Source: Ferruginibacter sp.
GTDB lineage: Bacteria > Bacteroidota > Bacteroidia > Chitinophagales > Chitinophagaceae
Reading direction: 5' to 3'
DNA: 64,000 nt
Assembly: GCA_039921685.1 (NCBI GenBank)
Contig: JBDSBG010000005.1
Coordinates: forward strand, 260-64,259
Made by a program: the position numbers and the translations under genes. Positions 59,789 through 64,000 of this stretch are shown one piece after another; the stretch's first letter is position 1; every line of letters begins with the position of its first letter. The notes under the pieces are model-generated. The model worked only from the letters and a program-made list of their open reading frames with translations, was not told where the DNA came from and made no database searches.

Positions 59789-60481
59789 TTATATACTCAC
59801 AATCCCCCTCCTGATCGCCTCCATCACCATCCCAACCCTGCTTTGAACATTCATCTTTTCAAAAACAGACTCACGGTAACCATCAATAGTTCTTTCTGCA
59901 AGGAACATTTGTGCCGCAACCTGTTTATAAGTGAGTTCACTGCATGATAATTTTATAAATGCAAGTTCTTTTTCGGTTAATTTCAAATTGTCTTTTTGTT
60001 TATCCTGCAGGATCAGCCTCCTGTAATTGATATTGGTTACATCTGCATTGTAATATCCTTTTGTATAAATTTCGTTCAATGCTTTTTCAAGCTCATGAGG
60101 ATGTATATCTTTTACCAGGTAGGCACAACATCCCGCTTTTAGCATACTGATCACCGTTATATCATCATCCTTCAAAGATAGGGCTACCAGTTTGATGCCG
60201 GGATACTTAGCTGATATTTCAGTTGCAGCAGTTATTCCATCCATTACCGGCATATTTACATCCAGCAAAATTATATCCGGTAACTGGGGTGATGCCGCCA
60301 GCTTTTCTACCAGGTCCTTGCCATTTGAAGCGTCCAGCACCGTGGTAAAACCTTCAAAAGTATTCACCAGGGTTACGAGCGATTTTAAAAATAGTTGCTG
60401 GTCATCCGTAATGCCAATCCGTACTTTGTTTATCATTGTTGCAAAACTGCCTGTTTTGAATGTTAGCGTTGATGTATTCAT
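59789..60481 (-). CDS. NarL/LuxR-family response regulator with no adjacent kinase
   Basis: ITDDQ, IILLDVNMPVMDG, YLVKD, LTEKE..TYKQVA; the start may be 60436. Confidence 0.92.
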   Translation of the reverse strand: MNTSTLTFKTGSFATMINKVRIGITDDQQLFLKSLVTLVNTFEGFTTVLDASNGKDLVEKLAASPQLPDIILLDVNMPVMDGITAATEISAKYPGIKLVALSLKDDDITVISMLKAGCCAYLVKDIHPHELEKALNEIYTKGYYNADVTNINYRRLILQDKQKDNLKLTEKELAFIKLSCSELTYKQVAAQMFLAERTIDGYRESVFEKMNVQSRVGMVMEAIRRGIVSI

Positions 60482-60765
60482 TGAATGTACTATTTCTTGT
60501 TAGTAATACAATATTCATCAATCTTTATTTAAAGGTAAAGGGGGATTTCCCCGTTTTTTATAATTTAAGTCAGAAAAATTTCCCCGGGCAGATGCGGAAA
60601 ACAATGGGGGACGATGATCTATATTGCCAGCTTGTTTGAAAATAATATCCTGAGTAAATATTATTATTGTACTGTAAATGCAGGTGCAATTAATGGACGC
60701 TTTAGCCGCGGCCACTTTTGATTGCTGTATCAGCAATTAAAATACAGGCCATTTTTAATTAACAA

Positions 60766-61074
60766 TCAAACCCTGTTTTCGATCAACAGCACACTGTTGA
60801 AGCCACTAACGCCATCGGGTTCACGGTATGGATTGTCGATATCTTCCATCCACATTTTATCATCAAGAAAAAATTTATAGTGATAACGTCCCGCAGGGAG
60901 AATGGGGATTTCAATTTTCCATAAACCATCTTTGCATTGCTTCATCAACAGTACGTCCTGCGCCCAATGATTAAAACTGCCAGCCAGTGAAATCTGCTGT
61001 GCGCAATCGTTATGAATATGAAATTCAATGGTTTTCTTTTTGGGATTGATATGGGGGGAATTTACTGGTTTCAT
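60766..61074 (-). CDS. Stand-alone glycogen-binding (CBM48 / early-set) domain protein
   Basis: ISLAGSFNHW, GLWKIEI..LPAGRYHYKFFLDDK.W..D..NP. Confidence 0.8.
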   Translation of the reverse strand: MKPVNSPHINPKKKTIEFHIHNDCAQQISLAGSFNHWAQDVLLMKQCKDGLWKIEIPILPAGRYHYKFFLDDKMWMEDIDNPYREPDGVSGFNSVLLIENRV

Positions 61075-61214
61075 AAAATTTGCGTTTTAAAAATTCGATG
61101 AACAATTACCTGCCGGGATCAGTCATAAGCACTCCCTTAAATTACAGCATTAATTTCAAAGAACAAGGAGGAAAAAGGGTATGTGCATATGTTTTCGGGG
61201 AAGGGGGAGGAGTC

Positions 61215-61284
61215 GGGAATCGGGAATCGGGAATCGGGAATCGGCAATCGGGAATCGGGAATTGGCAATCGGGAATCGGCAATC
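61215..61284 (+). repeat. Heptamer tandem repeat (GG[G/C]AAT[C/T]) x10
   Basis: Ten consecutive 7-nt units in an intergenic region between two minus-strand genes. Confidence 0.95.
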
Positions 61285-61384
61285 GAGATCCTCGTAGGTG
61301 GTTGCAAACCCAGCGGTTTGTAAATAGTGTGCAGAAATTTTCGAAACGCTAATGACTAGCTGATTGCTTGTTGAGATCCGGGGC

Positions 61385-61918
61385 CTACCCAGGCTCTATG
61401 GACTGCAAAAAAGCTTGTACAACTTTTGTAACAGCGTCCATTGTAACAGGATCCTTAACTTTTCCATTCTCATCCAGTTTTGTTCGTATAAAAGAAATAA
61501 CGAGCCGGGCAGCATCTTCTATTTTTGTGCCTATGGCGGATAGGGTAAGTAATAATGCTGCGTGTGCCTTTTCTCCCTGGGACGCTGCGGTGATCAAGGC
61601 AACAGGTTTATCAGAAAAAGCAGTGGAGGATACCGTCCAGTCAAGCGCATTTTTTAGTGCTCCAGGAACGCCGAAGGCATACTCTGGTATGCAAAAGAAA
61701 ACGCCGTCAGCTTCAGTGATCAACTTTAGGAATTCCGCTACTGCAGGAGGTATTTCATCACTGTCATCAAAAGCAGGAATGGAGGCAAGGCCTTTGTAGA
61801 TAGTAAACTCCACATGAACTGGAAACAAGTCTTTAACTACATGCAACATCGCGTTTGCTGATGATGAAGAGCGCAGACTTCCGGAAATGCCTATTATTTT
61901 TATTTTGTCTTTCACCAT
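61385..61918 (-). CDS. NADPH-dependent FMN reductase
   Basis: GISGSLR, PEYAFGVPGALKNALDW, KPVALIT; start set at MVKDK. Confidence 0.92.
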   Translation of the reverse strand: MVKDKIKIIGISGSLRSSSSANAMLHVVKDLFPVHVEFTIYKGLASIPAFDDSDEIPPAVAEFLKLITEADGVFFCIPEYAFGVPGALKNALDWTVSSTAFSDKPVALITAASQGEKAHAALLLTLSAIGTKIEDAARLVISFIRTKLDENGKVKDPVTMDAVTKVVQAFLQSIEPG

Positions 61919-62006
61919 ATCATGATTAAAATTTGCCGCAGAATTTGCAACTGGCATTCAGTTGATGTTAAATTTGTATCGAACGTTTACGAATATATTT
62001 AAAAAA

Positions 62007-62795
62007 ATGAAATTATCAATTTACCAGGTAGATGCATTTACCGATACGATATTTGGCGGAAACTCCGCTTGTGTTGTTCCACTCAACAACTGGCTTCCGG
62101 ATGAAATCCTCTTGAGAATTGCTTTAGAGAATGCCGTTGCAGAAACAGCTTTCTTCATACCGAATGAAAATGGTTTTCACCTGAGATGGTTCACGCCGGA
62201 ATTTGAAATGGATCTTTGCGGGCATGCAACGATAGCAACCGCACATGTTTTAAAATCAGCCCTGGGCTATAACAAGGATTCCATGATTTTTCAATCAAGA
62301 AGCGGTGAACTCATGGTTACAATCGAGCATGGGTTTTACCAGCTTGACTTCCCGTCAAGAAAACCCAGGCCTTCAGTATTGCCAGAAAATATAAGGCTTT
62401 CACTGGACAGGCAACCTGTAGAAGTTTTAGTTTCGCGGGACCTTGTATTGGTTTATGAAAATGAGCAGGACATCCGCGATATAAAAATAAACAGGCAATA
62501 TTTTGATGAGATCAACATGGATCCCGGTGGGGTGATCGTAACGGCAAAAGGAAATGATTGTGATTTTGTCTCAAGATTTTTTACGCCCCAGGCATCCATA
62601 TTTGAGGATCCGGCAACGGGTTCAGCCCATTGTTCTCTAATACCATATTGGAGCGAACGTTTGGGAAAAAAGAAAATGACTGCAGTACAATTGTCCAGCC
62701 GCATCGGGAGATTCTATTGTGTCGATAAGGGCGAACGTGTTTTAATTTCCGGCAATGCACGTACTTATATGGAAGGTTCCATCTGGATAGGATGA
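62007..62795 (+). CDS. PhzF-family epimerase/isomerase
   Basis: YQVDAFT..FGGN.A, ETAF, LRWFTP..E.DLCGHAT, EDPATGSAH; start set at MKLSI. Confidence 0.92.
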   Translation: MKLSIYQVDAFTDTIFGGNSACVVPLNNWLPDEILLRIALENAVAETAFFIPNENGFHLRWFTPEFEMDLCGHATIATAHVLKSALGYNKDSMIFQSRSGELMVTIEHGFYQLDFPSRKPRPSVLPENIRLSLDRQPVEVLVSRDLVLVYENEQDIRDIKINRQYFDEINMDPGGVIVTAKGNDCDFVSRFFTPQASIFEDPATGSAHCSLIPYWSERLGKKKMTAVQLSSRIGRFYCVDKGERVLISGNARTYMEGSIWIG

Positions 62796-62910
62796 GTGAT
62801 TCAAAGGCCTGTTTGTTTTATAATTTCTACAGATCATGCGGGTACGCATGAATAAAAATTAAAGTTGTAAGATTGCAGGTACAAGTCATTTTAATCTTAA
62901 TTGTTTCCTG

Positions 62911-63492
62911 ATGTACGAACTCATCAAAGCAAATATTAACCGCTATATCTCTCTTACAGACCAGGAGTTTGAGCTTTTTACATCTTTATTAAAGCGCCGT
63001 AAACTGAAACGCAAACAATTTCTGTTGCAGGCGGGCGACGTTTGTAGATACGAATCATTTGTTAATAAGGGCTGCCTTCGTACTTATTCTGTAAACGAAA
63101 AAGGACAGGAGCATGTGCTCCAGTTTTCGATTGAAGACTGGTGGGTTGGTGACCTTCACAGTTTTCTCACCGCTGATGAATCTGTGTATAATATTGAAGC
63201 ACTGGAAGATTGTGAGTTGTTGCAACTTGATAAAGATTCGCTGGACAAATTATATAAAGAAGTACCAAAGTTTGAACGTTTTTTTCGCATCCTGGTACAG
63301 GCTGCATTTATCTCTCTCCAAAAAAGGATATCCACCTCCCTGGGTGAAAGAGCAGAAGACCGATATACAAATTTCATTGGCAAATATCCCCAACTCGAAC
63401 AACGTCTTCCCCAGCACCAGCTTGCATCCTATCTCGGCATCACGCCTGAATCGTTGAGCCGGATACGTAAACTCCGTGCGGGAAAAAAATAA
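62911..63492 (+). CDS. Crp/Fnr-family regulator (Bacteroidota type)
   Basis: LLQAGDVC, GCLRTY..G.EH, IEALED; C-terminal HTH LASYLGITPESLSRIR. Confidence 0.92.
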   Translation: MYELIKANINRYISLTDQEFELFTSLLKRRKLKRKQFLLQAGDVCRYESFVNKGCLRTYSVNEKGQEHVLQFSIEDWWVGDLHSFLTADESVYNIEALEDCELLQLDKDSLDKLYKEVPKFERFFRILVQAAFISLQKRISTSLGERAEDRYTNFIGKYPQLEQRLPQHQLASYLGITPESLSRIRKLRAGKK

Positions 63493-63667
63493 TATCCAAA
63501 TCAAGCTTATCGCATTGCTGCTGTTGTTATTGACAGGTCAGTTGTTACTGCATTTAAATCTTATCATAGATCAACGTTTTTTCTTAACCTACATCATTGG
63601 AGAGCACTATGCCATGGCCGTAGTTTTGTGTTTCATAAAAATTATTAATCAAACAAAATTAAAAACG

Positions 63668-64000
63668 ATGAACAACTTAACTGAAAAGTTGACTGACCTC
63701 AATCAACTGGTACTGGATGGTAAAATGCTGGAGGCTTTTGAAAAATATTATCATGATGATGTTGCCATGCAGGAAAATAGTAATACTGCAACCATTGGCA
63801 AAGAAGCCAACCGCATGCGGGAACAAATATTCCTGGAAAACATAACAGAATTCCGTGGGGCTGCTGTTTTAAACATGGCTGCCGGCGACAATGTCTCCTT
63901 TGTAGAATGGAAATATGATTACACACATAAAGAATGGGGCATGCGTAATTATACACAGGTTTCCAAACAACAATGGAAAGACGGCAAGATCATTCATGAA
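63668..64000 (+). CDS. SnoaL/NTF2-like protein, truncated at the window edge
   Basis: MNNLTEKL..AFEKYYHDDVAMQEN..W.YDYTHK.WG..Y.QV..Q.WKDGKIIHE; no stop within the window. Confidence 0.8.
   Translation, partial: MNNLTEKLTDLNQLVLDGKMLEAFEKYYHDDVAMQENSNTATIGKEANRMREQIFLENITEFRGAAVLNMAAGDNVSFVEWKYDYTHKEWGMRNYTQVSKQQWKDGKIIHE

Noticed and set aside
61080-61352. 90-aa ORF with GNRES/GNRQS repeats
   Set aside because: It is a translation of the heptamer DNA repeat, with no supporting start context or domain.
1920-63956. The many 60-130 aa antisense or out-of-frame ORFs nested in long genes
   Set aside because: They shadow well-supported CDSs and show no independent motifs or expression signals.

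Overview
AT-rich chromosomal window from a Bacteroidota bacterium, Chitinophagaceae-like by inference from TAnnTTTG promoters, T9SS C-terminal sorting domains and gene families. Five blocks are visible. (1) 1-6945: right end of an integrative island with a disrupted tyrosine integrase, an AbiEi/AbiEii-like type IV toxin-antitoxin pair and an AEP primase-SF2 helicase fusion, closed by a 3' fragment of an Asp-type tRNA (att-like). (2) 7285-27478: a beta-propeller sensor kinase, a NarL-type regulator and a ricin-domain gene, divergent from a five-gene surface locus (SprB-repeat T9SS cargo, 2095-aa TANFOR-like protein with a Cys-rich tip, FN3 protein, PKD lipoprotein, outer-membrane barrel). A palindromic operator is shared by both sides. 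(3) 28480-43299: a metal/copper homeostasis cluster with two HMA-AraC regulators, a CPH-type P1B ATPase, a multicopper oxidase, DUF3347, HMA-MauE and a His-rich PKD T9SS protein. It also holds two tandem 41-aa metallothionein-like ORFs missing from the supplied ORF track, and a third signal-anchored protein with the same Cys motif. The metallothionein-like genes and the HMA-MauE gene share an identically spaced promoter motif. (4) 43494-51864: a MITE-like element, a DUF4331-TPR-HupE/UreJ cluster and a frameshifted TonB-dependent receptor. (5) 51943-64000: mostly ordinary housekeeping and stress genes. No rRNA, intact tRNA or CRISPR array was seen. Family names come from motif recognition, not database searches.
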